Assembly (NCBI GenBank): GCA_965248845.1
Contig: CBDFKO010000002.1
Location: forward strand, 968,063 to 1,032,062
Length of the DNA stretch: 64,000 nucleotides
Direction: 5' to 3'
DNA from: Acidobacteriota bacterium
Lineage (GTDB): Bacteria; Acidobacteriota; UBA890; WLXD01
In this document: positions 9,601-18,478 of the stretch, one piece after another
How the letters are laid out: each line of letters starts with the position of its first letter
How positions within the stretch are numbered: position 1 is the stretch's first letter
Notes under the pieces: generated by a model
The model's database searches: none
What the model was told of the DNA's origin: nothing
What the model saw: the letters and a program-made list of their open reading frames with translations, nothing else
Position numbers and translations under genes: made by a program

Positions 9601-10571
9601 TCGTCGGCCCCTCCCGAGTCCAACACGGCCCGAATAGCGCTCATCAAGGACGCGTAGGCGTGCTCGAACTCGCCGAGGATCTGGCACCCAGCGGCGCGCC
9701 GGTGCCCCCCGCCACCGTGTGCCGACGCCAACTCGGCCACATCGATACTGCCGTCGGAGCGAAAGGATATGCGGAACACATCCGGCTCCGGCTCCTTGAA
9801 CAGCAGGCTGACACGAACCCCGGCGATTCCCTGTGCGTGGTTGATGACACCCTCGGTATCGGTCGTCCCCCGCGCCTCGAACTGATCCCGTCCCAACCGC
9901 ATCCAGGCGATCTGACCGCCTTGCTCCAGTGTCAGTGTCGTGAGCGCATCGCCCATCAACTGGACTCGACCAGCCGGCACGTTGCCAAAAACCGACGAGG
10001 CGATCGGCTCGGGGCGAGCACCCGCGGCCACCATGTCGGCCGCGAAGTAGAGCGCCGATGCGTCGGTATTGGAGTGACGGAACGATCCGGTGTCGGTGAG
10101 CAGCGCCACATACAACTGCGCAGCCATGTCGGCGTCGATCTCGGCCCCCAGCGCGCCGATCAGCTCGCCGACCATCATTCCGACCGCCGCGACCGACGCG
10201 TCGATCCAGTTGACATGCGCGTACATCCCGTTCTTGGTGTGGTGATCGATGTTGAGCGAGGGCAGCGCCTCGAGCCCTTCGAGGCCGGTCCGCGCGAAGT
10301 CGCTACACTCGACCAGAATCGCGCTGGCACACCCCTCCGGCGGCGCGCTCGCCGTCTCGATGCGCTCGGCACCCGGAAGCCAGAAGTGGCGATCGGGCAA
10401 GGCCTGGCCGATCACGACCCGCGTTCGCTTGCCGCGCTGCTCTAACGCCGCAGCCAAGGCCAACGAGGACCCCAGGGAATCCCCGTCAGGGTTCATATGG
10501 GATCCGATCACGAAGTCGTCGTGGGCCTCGAGCCAGGTGACCACGTCGGCGACGTCCTGCACGCTAGTCAT
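9597..10571 (-). CDS. nrnA: DHH-family phosphoesterase (NrnA-like oligoribonuclease/pAp phosphatase)
   Basis: DHH motifs (GSHMNPDGDSLGS, NIDHH) and a DHHA1 C-terminus (GGGHRRAAG). Start at ATG 10571; its stop overlaps the truB start in an ATGA arrangement. Confidence 0.8.
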   Translation of the reverse strand: MTSVQDVADVVTWLEAHDDFVIGSHMNPDGDSLGSSLALAAALEQRGKRTRVVIGQALPDRHFWLPGAERIETASAPPEGCASAILVECSDFARTGLEGLEALPSLNIDHHTKNGMYAHVNWIDASVAAVGMMVGELIGALGAEIDADMAAQLYVALLTDTGSFRHSNTDASALYFAADMVAAGARPEPIASSVFGNVPAGRVQLMGDALTTLTLEQGGQIAWMRLGRDQFEARGTTDTEGVINHAQGIAGVRVSLLFKEPEPDVFRISFRSDGSIDVAELASAHGGGGHRRAAGCQILGEFEHAYASLMSAIRAVLDSGGADE

Positions 10572-10959
10572 CGTCACCCCCCGCCTGACCGGTGTCGAAC
10601 GAGTCCGGCACCTCGACCTCGCGAACCGGATTCTCCTCCAGCAGATGCTCCAGCCGTTCGCTCGCGTCGAGGGTCCGATCCTCGATGAAGTGTAGCTCTG
10701 GGGCCTCACGCAGACGCAGGCGCGCGGCCACTTGACGGCGGAGGAAGGCTCCGGCCCACCGCACGGCCTGCATCGATTCCGCGCGCGCCTCCTCGTCACC
10801 GAAAGTGCTGACCCAGACCTTGGCGTGGTGCAGGTCGTTGCTCATCCGCACCTCGGTGACCGTCACGAAGCCGAGCCGAGGATCGCCGACCTCGCGCATG
10901 AGCAGATCCGCCAGCTCTCGCCGAATCTGATCCGCCACTCTGCGAGGCCGAAATGACAT
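10564..10959 (-). CDS. rbfA: Ribosome-binding factor A
   Basis: 131 aa with the RbfA KH-like core (RVADQIRRELADLL...FVTVTEVRMSNDLHHAKVWVS). Confidence 0.9.
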   Translation of the reverse strand: MSFRPRRVADQIRRELADLLMREVGDPRLGFVTVTEVRMSNDLHHAKVWVSTFGDEEARAESMQAVRWAGAFLRRQVAARLRLREAPELHFIEDRTLDASERLEHLLEENPVREVEVPDSFDTGQAGGDDD

Positions 10960-10963
10960 GGCT

Positions 10964-11157
10964 AGCAGGCCTTCGTGAAGCGCTGATGGATCTCGCGAGT
11001 ACGTCCTGCGGGCGAGGGCAAGGAGCGCCGACGAGTCGATGCGACAACATCGTCGAGGCGGCGCGACACCGCCACCATCCCGCTCGAACCCTCCGGGCAG
11101 CCGCCTGTACTCCTTGGCGGCGCAACCCGACCCATCACACTTTCACCACGGCCTGCT
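10964..11157. repeat. MITE-like element, copy A (~194 bp), CTAG at both ends with imperfect ~25-bp terminal inverted repeats; its left end supplies the rbfA SD-like GAAGG
   Basis: Left end CTAGcaggccttcgtgaagcgctgatgg; right end ccatcacactttcaccacggcctgCTAG. Internal 40-bp block cgccaccatcccgctcgaaccctccgggcagccgcc is shared with the 18302-18469 element. Confidence 0.65.
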
Positions 11158-11198
11158 AGCGGCCTAACCAGACCCATGAGAGCCTCACCAAGATCCTG

Positions 11199-11480
11199 CT
11201 AGAGGTACTCTGTCTCGACGCGCGTCAGCAGCGCCTCGGCGCTGCGCTCGACCTCGTCGACCAGCTTTTCGAACAACCCCTCCAACCGTGGCCGGCTGTT
11301 GGAAACCGAGACCGCCGCGATACACGAGCGCTGCCACAGGTCCTGGTAGGCAACCTCTGCCACCGCCACATTGAAGCGTGACGTCAGGCGGTGCAGGAGT
11401 CTCTTGATCACGCTGCGCTTGTCCTTGAGGCTGCGACAAGCGGGCAAGTGCAACTCTAGGGTGCAGGCCCCGATAACCAT
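11199..11480 (-). CDS. DUF503 (YlxP-like) protein of the infB operon
   Basis: MVIGACTLELHLPACRSLKDKRSVIKRLL is typical of DUF503; lies between infB and rbfA. Start at ATG 11480; stop TAG lies inside a CTAG. Confidence 0.8.
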   Translation of the reverse strand: MVIGACTLELHLPACRSLKDKRSVIKRLLHRLTSRFNVAVAEVAYQDLWQRSCIAAVSVSNSRPRLEGLFEKLVDEVERSAEALLTRVETEYL

Positions 11481-11502
11481 CACACTTTCACTACGGCCTC
11501 CT
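11457..11502. repeat. Miniature copy (B, ~46 bp) of the MITE family spanning the infB stop and the DUF503 start
   Basis: CTAGggtgcaggcc..ccatcacactttcactacggcctcCTAG; 27 of 29 nt identical to the copy-A right end. It encodes the last residues (SLSRRP) and TAG stop of infB, and the ATG of DUF503. Confidence 0.6.
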
Positions 11503-13641
11503 AGAGAGGCTCGGGCGGATCTCCTTGAGGACGAAGAACTCAATCATGTCGCCGACCTTGACATCGTTGAAGTTCTCGAGCGCGATACCGCACTCGTAAC
11601 CCTGGCCCACCTCGGCGACGTCGTCCTTGAAGCGTCGCAGCGATCTGACCTGCCCCTCGTAGACGATCCTCGAGTCCCGCACCAGACGCACCTTGGCGGC
11701 GCGTGTCACCTTGCCCCCGGTCACGTAGCAGCCGGCGATGGAGCCGATCCGGGGAATGCGGAAAGTCTCGCGCACCTCGGCCTGTCCGAGCTCCTCGTCC
11801 TCGAAGGTGGGGTCGAGCTTACCCACCATCGCCTGCTTGACATCGTCGATGAGCTGGTAAATGACCGTGTAGAGCCGAAGATCGACGCCGGCGCTGGCTG
11901 CGATATCCGCCACGCCACGCTCCGGGCGCACGTTGAATCCCACGATGATCGCCTCGGACGCCGAGGCCAGCAACACATCGTGCTCCGAGACGCCACCGAC
12001 CGCCGCGCGGATGATCTGCACCTCGACTTTGTCGCCTGACAGCTTGCCCAGCGCGTCACGCAGCGTCTCGGTTGAGCCCTGGGTGTCGGCCCTGAGCACG
12101 ACCGAAAGCTTCACCCGACCACCGGCTTCGATGCGCGCGTGCAGATCGGCGAGCGTCAGGCGCGTGCCACCGGCCAATGATTCGCGCCGCTGTTTGTCCC
12201 GCCGCAGTTCGGCCACCTTGCGCGCCAACGACGCTTGCTCGACGACCTGGAAGGAGTCGCCGGCTCCCGGCACGCCGGAGAAGCCGAGCACCTCGACCGC
12301 CGTCGCCGGTCCGGCCTCCTTCACGGGGTTCCCGTAGGAGTCGAACATGGCACGGACCTTGGCGCTCTCGGCGCCCGCGACCAGGCTGTCGGCTACGGCG
12401 AGCGTTCCTGCCTGGACCAGCACCGTCGCGACCGGGCCGCGTCGCCGGTCGAGCTCGGCCTCGAGCACGACGCCATGCGCCGCGATCTTGGGGTTCGCAC
12501 GCAACTCCAAGAGCTCCGACGACAGAATGATCATCTCGAGCAGCCCATCGAGGTTCTCTTTGGTCTTGGCCGAGACCGCAACGCAGACGGTATCGCCGCC
12601 CCAATCCTCCGGCGTCAAGTCACGGTCGACCAGCTGCTGCTTGGCTCGGTCGACGTTGGCCTCGGGACGATCGATCTTGTTGACCGCCACGATGATCGGC
12701 ACGTTGGCCGCGCGGGCGTGGTCGATGGCTTCCACGGTCTGCGGCATGACTCCGTCGTCGGCGGCGAGCACCAGGACCACCAGATCGGTGACCTGTGCGC
12801 CGCGGGCTCGCATTCGCGTGAAGGCCTCGTGGCCCGGGGTATCGATGAAGACGATTCGGTTGCCGTTCCATTCCACCTCGGACGCGCCGATGTGCTGCGT
12901 GATCCCGCCCGCCTCGCGCGCCACAACGTTTGTCTGCCGGATCGAATCGAGCAGATGGGTCTTGCCATGGTCGACGTGCCCCATGATGGTCACGACGGGC
13001 GCTCGGGGTTCGAGATCGTCGCTGCTACCGGTCTCGATTTCGCCGAGCAGGACCTCGTCCCGCCCCAACAACTGCAGGGCCACTCCGTGCTCGGCAGCGA
13101 TCTCCACGGCCACATCGGCATCCAGCGCCTGGTTCACGTTGGCCATGGCACCGCGGCCCATCAATTCGCGGATGATCTCCGCGGGGCTGATTCCCATGGC
13201 CTCGGCCAGTTGCCCGACCGTAGCACCCTCCTCGACCGCTACCGCGCGAGCCGGTGCCGCGGCTGCGGCAGGCTCCGGCTCGACCTCCTGCTCCGGCTCG
13301 GGCTCGGGCTCTGCGTCGGCTGCTGCCCCGGGCTCGGCCTCGGCCTCGGCCTCGAGTTCTCCTTCGGGCTCGGGCTCGGGCTCAACTTCGGGCTCGGGCT
13401 CGGGCCCTACTTCGGGCTCGGCCTCTGCCTCAGGCTCGATCTCAATCTCAGCTTCAGGCCCGGCTACCAGGGGCTCGGGGCCTTGCCCCGATTCTCCGGC
13501 AAGCGCCTGCCGCACGCGAGCCGCTTCCTCCTCGGACACCGAGTTGGCATGGCTCTTGACCGCTACGCCCAGCTCGTTGAGGGCCTGGAGGACCACCTTG
13601 CTCTCGACGTCCAGTTCCCGGGCGATCTCGTAAACCCGCAT
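11491..13641 (-). CDS. infB: Translation initiation factor IF-2
   Basis: 716 aa with the GTPase domain ([17 protein letters not shown]) and IF2 C-terminal domains. Short N-terminal region rich in EP/EA repeats. Confidence 0.95.
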   Translation of the reverse strand: MRVYEIARELDVESKVVLQALNELGVAVKSHANSVSEEEAARVRQALAGESGQGPEPLVAGPEAEIEIEPEAEAEPEVGPEPEPEVEPEPEPEGELEAEAEAEPGAAADAEPEPEPEQEVEPEPAAAAAPARAVAVEEGATVGQLAEAMGISPAEIIRELMGRGAMANVNQALDADVAVEIAAEHGVALQLLGRDEVLLGEIETGSSDDLEPRAPVVTIMGHVDHGKTHLLDSIRQTNVVAREAGGITQHIGASEVEWNGNRIVFIDTPGHEAFTRMRARGAQVTDLVVLVLAADDGVMPQTVEAIDHARAANVPIIVAVNKIDRPEANVDRAKQQLVDRDLTPEDWGGDTVCVAVSAKTKENLDGLLEMIILSSELLELRANPKIAAHGVVLEAELDRRRGPVATVLVQAGTLAVADSLVAGAESAKVRAMFDSYGNPVKEAGPATAVEVLGFSGVPGAGDSFQVVEQASLARKVAELRRDKQRRESLAGGTRLTLADLHARIEAGGRVKLSVVLRADTQGSTETLRDALGKLSGDKVEVQIIRAAVGGVSEHDVLLASASEAIIVGFNVRPERGVADIAASAGVDLRLYTVIYQLIDDVKQAMVGKLDPTFEDEELGQAEVRETFRIPRIGSIAGCYVTGGKVTRAAKVRLVRDSRIVYEGQVRSLRRFKDDVAEVGQGYECGIALENFNDVKVGDMIEFFVLKEIRPSLSRRP
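13254..13445. repeat. Tandem GC-rich coding repeats (ctcggg/ctcggc units) encoding the [12 protein letters not shown] tract at the IF-2 N-terminus
   Basis: Visible tandem hexamer/dodecamer periodicity inside infB. Confidence 0.6.
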
Positions 13642-13720
13642 TCCTGTGAATCCTTCCGCTTCCTGTTGCCGCTAACTACGCGTTCCGCTCGATGTTTCAG
13701 GCTTCGATGCCGAAGCGCTC

Positions 13721-15313
13721 TCAGAATCGTCCATCGTCCGAGTCCTCACCCAGCGCCGGCTCCTGGTCAGCCGCAGCGTCGGGCTCCGCAACCTCGGCGG
13801 CCCCCGATTCATCGGCCTCGGTGACCTCGGGCTCCGCAACCTCGGTGGCTTGCGGCTCGGCGGGCTCCGGCTCGGCGACCTCGGTAACCTCCGGCTCGGC
13901 GGCCTCGGCGGGCTCCAGCTCGGCAACCTCCGTGGTCTCCGGCTCGGCAGCCTCGGTAACCTCCGGCTCAGCAGCCTCGGTGTCCTCCGGTTCCACGGGC
14001 GCGATGGCGACCTCGGGGGCCTCCTGCGTCCCCTCGATCAGGTCACGCGCTTGCTGATAGATCTTCAACGCCGACTTGGGTCCGATACCGGCCACCGCGA
14101 GGAGCGCATCCTCACCGGCCAGCACGATCGAGCGTGCCGTCTCGAAGCCGGCCTCGCGCAAGGCGGCGGCTGCGGTCGCGCCCACCGCCTCTAGCTGCTC
14201 GACACCCGGTGCCGCCGAGGTCGGCGCGGCTACCGGCTTTTTCTCCGTATCTGCGGCCGGCTGTCCGGCGCCGCCGACATCGATCTTGCAGCCGAGCAGC
14301 TTGCCGGCCAAGCGCACGTTCTGCCCGCGCTTGCCGATGGCAAGGGAAAGTTGGTCCTCGTTCACGATGACCTGAAGATGCTGTGCGGCCTCTCCGGTCA
14401 CTTCGTCGACTACGTCGACCTCCTTCACATGATTGACCCTTGCCGGCTTGAGCGCGTTGATCGCGAACTGGAAGCGATCCGGCGACCACTCAACGATGTC
14501 GATCTTCTCGCCGCGCAGCTCACGGATGATGGCCTGGACCCGAGAGCCCCGCATGCCGACGCACGCGCCGACGGGGTCGACGTCCGGCTCGTTGGACTGC
14601 ACCGCCACCTTGGCGCGGTCACCGCCTTCGCGCACGGCGCCCTTGATCACGACCGTCTGGTCGTAGATCTCGGGGACCTCCATCTCGAACAGCCGCTTGA
14701 GCAACTCGGGGCTGTTGCGCGACACTACGACCATCGGTCCGCGCGTGGCCTGCAGCACCTCGATGATGACCAGCCGAATGCGGTCGCCGATGTTGTAGTG
14801 TTCCGCCCGCGATTGCTCGCGCCGCGGCAAGATGGCCTCGGTTCGGCCCAGATCGACCATCATGTCACCGCGCTCGAAGCGCTTGACGATCCCGGTCAGG
14901 AGCTCGCCGACCCGGTCGACATACTCCACATATATATTGTCGCGCTCAGCATCGCGGACTTTCTGGAAAATGACCTGCCGGGCCGCATGGGCCGCGATGC
15001 GCCCGAGCTGATCGGTGGACATCGAGCGCCGTAGCTCGTCACCCACTTTCGGGTCGTCCATTCCCTCGGCTCGCGCCTCCTCGACGGTCAGCTCCGCAAG
15101 CGGGTCTTCGACCACTTCGACGACACGTTTCACCGCGGCCAGCTCGACCTCGCCGGTCTCAGGGTTCAGCGAAGCCTCGAGGTAGTCCTCGGTCCCATAG
15201 AACTTCTGGGCCGCTACCGCCATGGCCTCTTCGACCGCCTCGATGATGACCTGCGGCTCGATGTTTTTCTCACGACCGATCTGCTCGATCGTCTGGAGTA
15301 GCATCTGGGCCAT
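13721..15313 (-). CDS. nusA: Transcription termination/antitermination factor NusA with an acidic repeat C-terminal extension
   Basis: NusA N-terminal, S1 and two KH domains, then (EPEVTEAA)-like octapeptide repeats at the C-terminus. Confidence 0.95.
   Translation of the reverse strand: MAQMLLQTIEQIGREKNIEPQVIIEAVEEAMAVAAQKFYGTEDYLEASLNPETGEVELAAVKRVVEVVEDPLAELTVEEARAEGMDDPKVGDELRRSMSTDQLGRIAAHAARQVIFQKVRDAERDNIYVEYVDRVGELLTGIVKRFERGDMMVDLGRTEAILPRREQSRAEHYNIGDRIRLVIIEVLQATRGPMVVVSRNSPELLKRLFEMEVPEIYDQTVVIKGAVREGGDRAKVAVQSNEPDVDPVGACVGMRGSRVQAIIRELRGEKIDIVEWSPDRFQFAINALKPARVNHVKEVDVVDEVTGEAAQHLQVIVNEDQLSLAIGKRGQNVRLAGKLLGCKIDVGGAGQPAADTEKKPVAAPTSAAPGVEQLEAVGATAAAALREAGFETARSIVLAGEDALLAVAGIGPKSALKIYQQARDLIEGTQEAPEVAIAPVEPEDTEAAEPEVTEAAEPETTEVAELEPAEAAEPEVTEVAEPEPAEPQATEVAEPEVTEADESGAAEVAEPDAAADQEPALGEDSDDGRF
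13790..13995. repeat. Tandem ~24-bp coding repeats at the nusA 3' end (acidic octapeptide repeats)
   Basis: Repeating cctcggtaacctccggctcggc(a/g)g units. Confidence 0.6.
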
Positions 15314-15354
15314 CTCTTTGTTCCTATTCCTACTCGCGTCTGGGCGGACCGGAC

Positions 15355-15813
15355 TCAGATCTCGACCTCGAGCCGCGCTTCGGCGACCTGGTCCAGTAGA
15401 ATCTCGACCTGCGTACCCGCCTCGTCGTCCATCAGCACAACGCCGCGCCGGAAGCCCCGCAGGGTCCCCCGAAACAGGCTGCGCTCACCGATCGGGGCCC
15501 GGGTCTGAATACGGATTTGGCGGCCCGCGAACCGTCGATAGTCGGCCGCCACCAGCAAGAACTCGTCCAATCCAGGGGAGGAGACCTCGAGGGTGTAGGC
15601 GTGCGGAACGATGTCCTCGACGTCGAGCGTCGCCGACAACTGCCGACTCACCGAGGCGCAGTCCTCAACATCGACGCCTCCGTTCGTATCGAGGATCACC
15701 TGGAGCACCCAGCCCCGACTGCCGGTCGCGAAACGGACCTCGACCAGCTCGCAGCCCTGACGGCGCGCGGCGCGCTCGGCAAGAGGTGCGACGGCCTCCG
15801 CTACCGCCCCCAT
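15355..15813 (-). CDS. rimP: Ribosome maturation factor RimP
   Basis: LVEVRFATGSRGWVLQVILD...YTLEVSSPGLDE. Start at ATG 15813; first gene of the nusA-infB operon. Confidence 0.85.
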   Translation of the reverse strand: MGAVAEAVAPLAERAARRQGCELVEVRFATGSRGWVLQVILDTNGGVDVEDCASVSRQLSATLDVEDIVPHAYTLEVSSPGLDEFLLVAADYRRFAGRQIRIQTRAPIGERSLFRGTLRGFRRGVVLMDDEAGTQVEILLDQVAEARLEVEI

Positions 15814-16050
15814 TGATGTCGTTCTGGCCGGTGCTGGCACCGTCTTGCTCCTCTGGACAAAAAAAAGCGGGCACGAGGGCCCACTTCGCTCGCAGTACCC
15901 GAATTGCCGCAAACTCTACCAAGAACTCCGGTCCGCTTCAACGAGCCCGAGCTAGCAGGCCGTGGTAATTCTCTGACGGCGTTTGCGTCGCCGTACAGCT
16001 TCATTCAAGATCGCGGTCCGCCCCACAACCTGCCTCCTGCCGGAGTGCCT

Positions 16051-17223
16051 GTGAGTACCCTCTCCGCCCTGACCGACCTGGCCTGTAGCCGCTGCGAAAC
16101 CCCGCACGACGCCGACCGCCTACAACGCTCTTGCCTGGCGTGTGGCGGCCCCCTTTACCCTCGCTACGCGATCGACCCGCGAGCGATCCGCTGGGACACC
16201 CCAGAGTTCGCGGCACGGCCCGCCGGGTTATGGCGCTACGCCGAGCTACTGCCGGTCCGCGAGGAAAGCTACCGTCTCGACCTGGGAGAGGGGGGCACTC
16301 CCCTGCTGGCCGCCACGCGACTCGGCCCGGAGCTGGGGTTGCCGCGCCTCGAGATGAAGGATGAGGGGCTCAACCCGACCGGGTCGTTCAAGGCGCGCGG
16401 TCTGTGTCTCGCCGTTAGCCGCGCCTGGGAGCTGGGGGCCACCACGATCGCGATCCCCACAGCCGGCAACGCCGGCAGCGCCATGGCCGCCTACTGTGCC
16501 CGAGCTGGACTACGGGCGGTGATCTACCTTCCGATCGATACCCCCGGCGAGTTCCTGCAGGAGTACCGCGACCTGGGCGCCGAGGTCGTCAGCGTCGACG
16601 GCACGATTACCGACGCCGGTGCGCGAATGCTCGCCGAGGCCGAGGAGGACTGGTTCCCGGTTAGCACGCTCCAGGAGCCCTATCGGCTCGAGGGCAAAAA
16701 GACGCTGGGCTTCGAGCTTGCCGAGCAGGGCGGTTGGAGCGTGCCCGACGCCATCATCTACCCGACGGGTGGCGGCACCGGCTTGCTCGGCATGTGGAAG
16801 GCCTTCGACGAGCTCGAACGGCTCGGCCTGCTGGGCCCGGCGCGTCCCCGGATGTACGCCGTCCAGGCCGAGGGCTGCGCACCGATCGTCCGCGCCTTCG
16901 AAGCCGGCGACGCGACGGCCGAACCTTGGCACAATGCGCGTACGCTGGCCAACGGTCTGCGGGTACCGCGGGCCTTCGCCGATCGCGAGATTCTCACAGT
17001 GCTCCGCGACTCCGAGGGCGACGCCCTGATTGTCGAGGACCACGCCATGGTCGAGATGCTGCGCCGCTTGGCGCGCACCGAAGGCATCTACGCGGCCCCC
17101 GAGGCCGCGGCCACCTTGGTGGCGGCCTTGCGTCTCTGCCACAGCGGGGGGTTGCACCGCGAAGAAAGGGTGGTCTGCTTCCTCACGGGCAACGCCTACA
17201 AGTACCTCTCGTCGCTCGCCTGA
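16051..17223 (+). CDS. thrC: Threonine synthase (with N-terminal Zn-ribbon)
   Basis: PLP-dependent fold with the PTGSFKARG lysine motif; CSRCETPHD...CLACGG zinc ribbon. Start uncertain (GTG 16051 chosen; the ORF-track start at 15904 would crowd the divergent rimP promoter). Confidence 0.8.
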   Translation: MSTLSALTDLACSRCETPHDADRLQRSCLACGGPLYPRYAIDPRAIRWDTPEFAARPAGLWRYAELLPVREESYRLDLGEGGTPLLAATRLGPELGLPRLEMKDEGLNPTGSFKARGLCLAVSRAWELGATTIAIPTAGNAGSAMAAYCARAGLRAVIYLPIDTPGEFLQEYRDLGAEVVSVDGTITDAGARMLAEAEEDWFPVSTLQEPYRLEGKKTLGFELAEQGGWSVPDAIIYPTGGGTGLLGMWKAFDELERLGLLGPARPRMYAVQAEGCAPIVRAFEAGDATAEPWHNARTLANGLRVPRAFADREILTVLRDSEGDALIVEDHAMVEMLRRLARTEGIYAAPEAAATLVAALRLCHSGGLHREERVVCFLTGNAYKYLSSLA

Positions 17224-17305
17224 CAACCGGGCGGATTGCCGGGGCCATTGCCGGGGTCCTATCATGGAGCCACGTTCCGTCCGCCAACTATCACGCGAGA
17301 TTCAG

Positions 17306-17518
17306 ATGTTCGGCTCCATCGGTGGCCCTGAGCTGGTCCTGATCCTGGTTATCATCCTCCTCGTGTTCGGCCCCAAGCGCCTCCCCGAGTTCGGCCGCAC
17401 GATCGGCAAGGGGCTGGCTGAGTTCAAGCGAGCTTCCAGCGATCTGAGGCGCTCGCTCGAGGACGAGGTCCGCGTCGACGAGCCACGGCGCGACATCGGA
17501 CCGCGCGACGACAGTTGA
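17306..17518 (+). CDS. tatA: Sec-independent protein translocase TatA
   Basis: MFGSIGGPELVLILVIILLVFGPKRLPE is the canonical TatA N-terminus. Confidence 0.85.
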   Translation: MFGSIGGPELVLILVIILLVFGPKRLPEFGRTIGKGLAEFKRASSDLRRSLEDEVRVDEPRRDIGPRDDS

Positions 17519-17522
17519 CGCG

Positions 17523-18302
17523 GTGAGCACGGCCGAGCCTCCGGGCCTGCCGGAGACAGCTTCGGCTGCCGGCCGGCGAGAGAGTCTGCCCGAGATGTCC
17601 CTCATGGATCATCTCACCGAGCTGCGCGGGCGTTTGCTGGTCTCCGTGATCGCCGTCGTGCTCGGCGCCATCGGCGCCTGGTTCTACGCCGACGAGCTGT
17701 ACCGGCTGCTGACCCGACCCGTCGTGGAAATCTTGCCGGAACAGGACAATCGGCTGGCGTTCCTGTCGTTGACCGAGCCCTTCGTCCTCTACCTCAAGGT
17801 GGCCGGCCTGGCTGGGCTGTTCGCGGCCTCACCGGTCGTCATCTACCAGGGTTGGATGTTCGTGGCCCCCGGTCTGTACCGAAACGAGAAGCAGCACGCT
17901 TTGCCCGTCGTAGCTGCCTCCGCCGCGTGCTTTTTCGCCGGCGGCGCTTTCGGTTACTTCGTGCTGTTCCCGGTGATGGCCAACTTCTTCCTCGATCTCG
18001 GCTCCGACTTTCGCCAGGTTCTTACCGTGAACCGTCTCTTCGGCTTCCTCGTGCGAACGCTGCTGGGGTGCGCCCTCGTGTTCGAATGGCCCATCGTGGT
18101 CTTCTTTCTGGCACGCCTGGGGATCCTGACGGCCGGGGCAATGTGGAGCGGTCTCGGCTACGCCATCGTCGCGATCTTCGTCATTGCCGCCGTGGTCACG
18201 CCCACCCCCGACGCGCCCACACAGATTATCCTGGCCACGCCGATGCTATTGCTGTACTTGCTCGGTATCGGGATCGCCTGGTTGGTGCAGCCGCGCGACT
18301 AG
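17523..18302 (+). CDS. tatC: Sec-independent protein translocase TatC
   Basis: Six-TM TatC fold with the HLTELRGRL motif. Start is either GTG 17523 or ATG 17595; stop TAG lies inside the CTAG at 18299-18302. Confidence 0.9.
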   Translation: MSTAEPPGLPETASAAGRRESLPEMSLMDHLTELRGRLLVSVIAVVLGAIGAWFYADELYRLLTRPVVEILPEQDNRLAFLSLTEPFVLYLKVAGLAGLFAASPVVIYQGWMFVAPGLYRNEKQHALPVVAASAACFFAGGAFGYFVLFPVMANFFLDLGSDFRQVLTVNRLFGFLVRTLLGCALVFEWPIVVFFLARLGILTAGAMWSGLGYAIVAIFVIAAVVTPTPDAPTQIILATPMLLLYLLGIGIAWLVQPRD

Positions 18303-18469
18303 TGCTCCTGTACACAAGTACGGTGACGTTTGTTGGAGCGGGATGGTGGCGGATGCCAGGCGCACCGACGAGGCGATGTGAGCGCATCGTCGAGCGAGGT
18401 GCAACGCCGCAGACGCCACCATCCCGCTCCAACCCTCCGGGCAGCCGCCGTACTTGTGTACAGGAGCAC
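18302..18469. repeat. 168-bp nested-palindrome MITE with 22-bp perfect terminal inverted repeats that resemble IS630 ends
   Basis: Terminal repeats gtgctcctgtacacaagtacgg / ccgtacttgtgtacaggagcac, similar to the IS630 copy-2 end TAgtctcctgtaacag. Inner 20-bp inverted repeat gttggagcgggatggtggcg / cgccaccatcccgctccaac. Left flank is the CTAG of the tatC stop. Shares a ~65-bp internal block with MITE A. Confidence 0.65.
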
Positions 18470-18478
18470 TGGTGTAAG

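Noticed and set aside
13254-13995. Possible CRISPR array suggested by short tandem repeats
   Set aside because: The repeats are in frame inside infB and nusA, lack unique spacers of regular length, and encode acidic peptide repeats.
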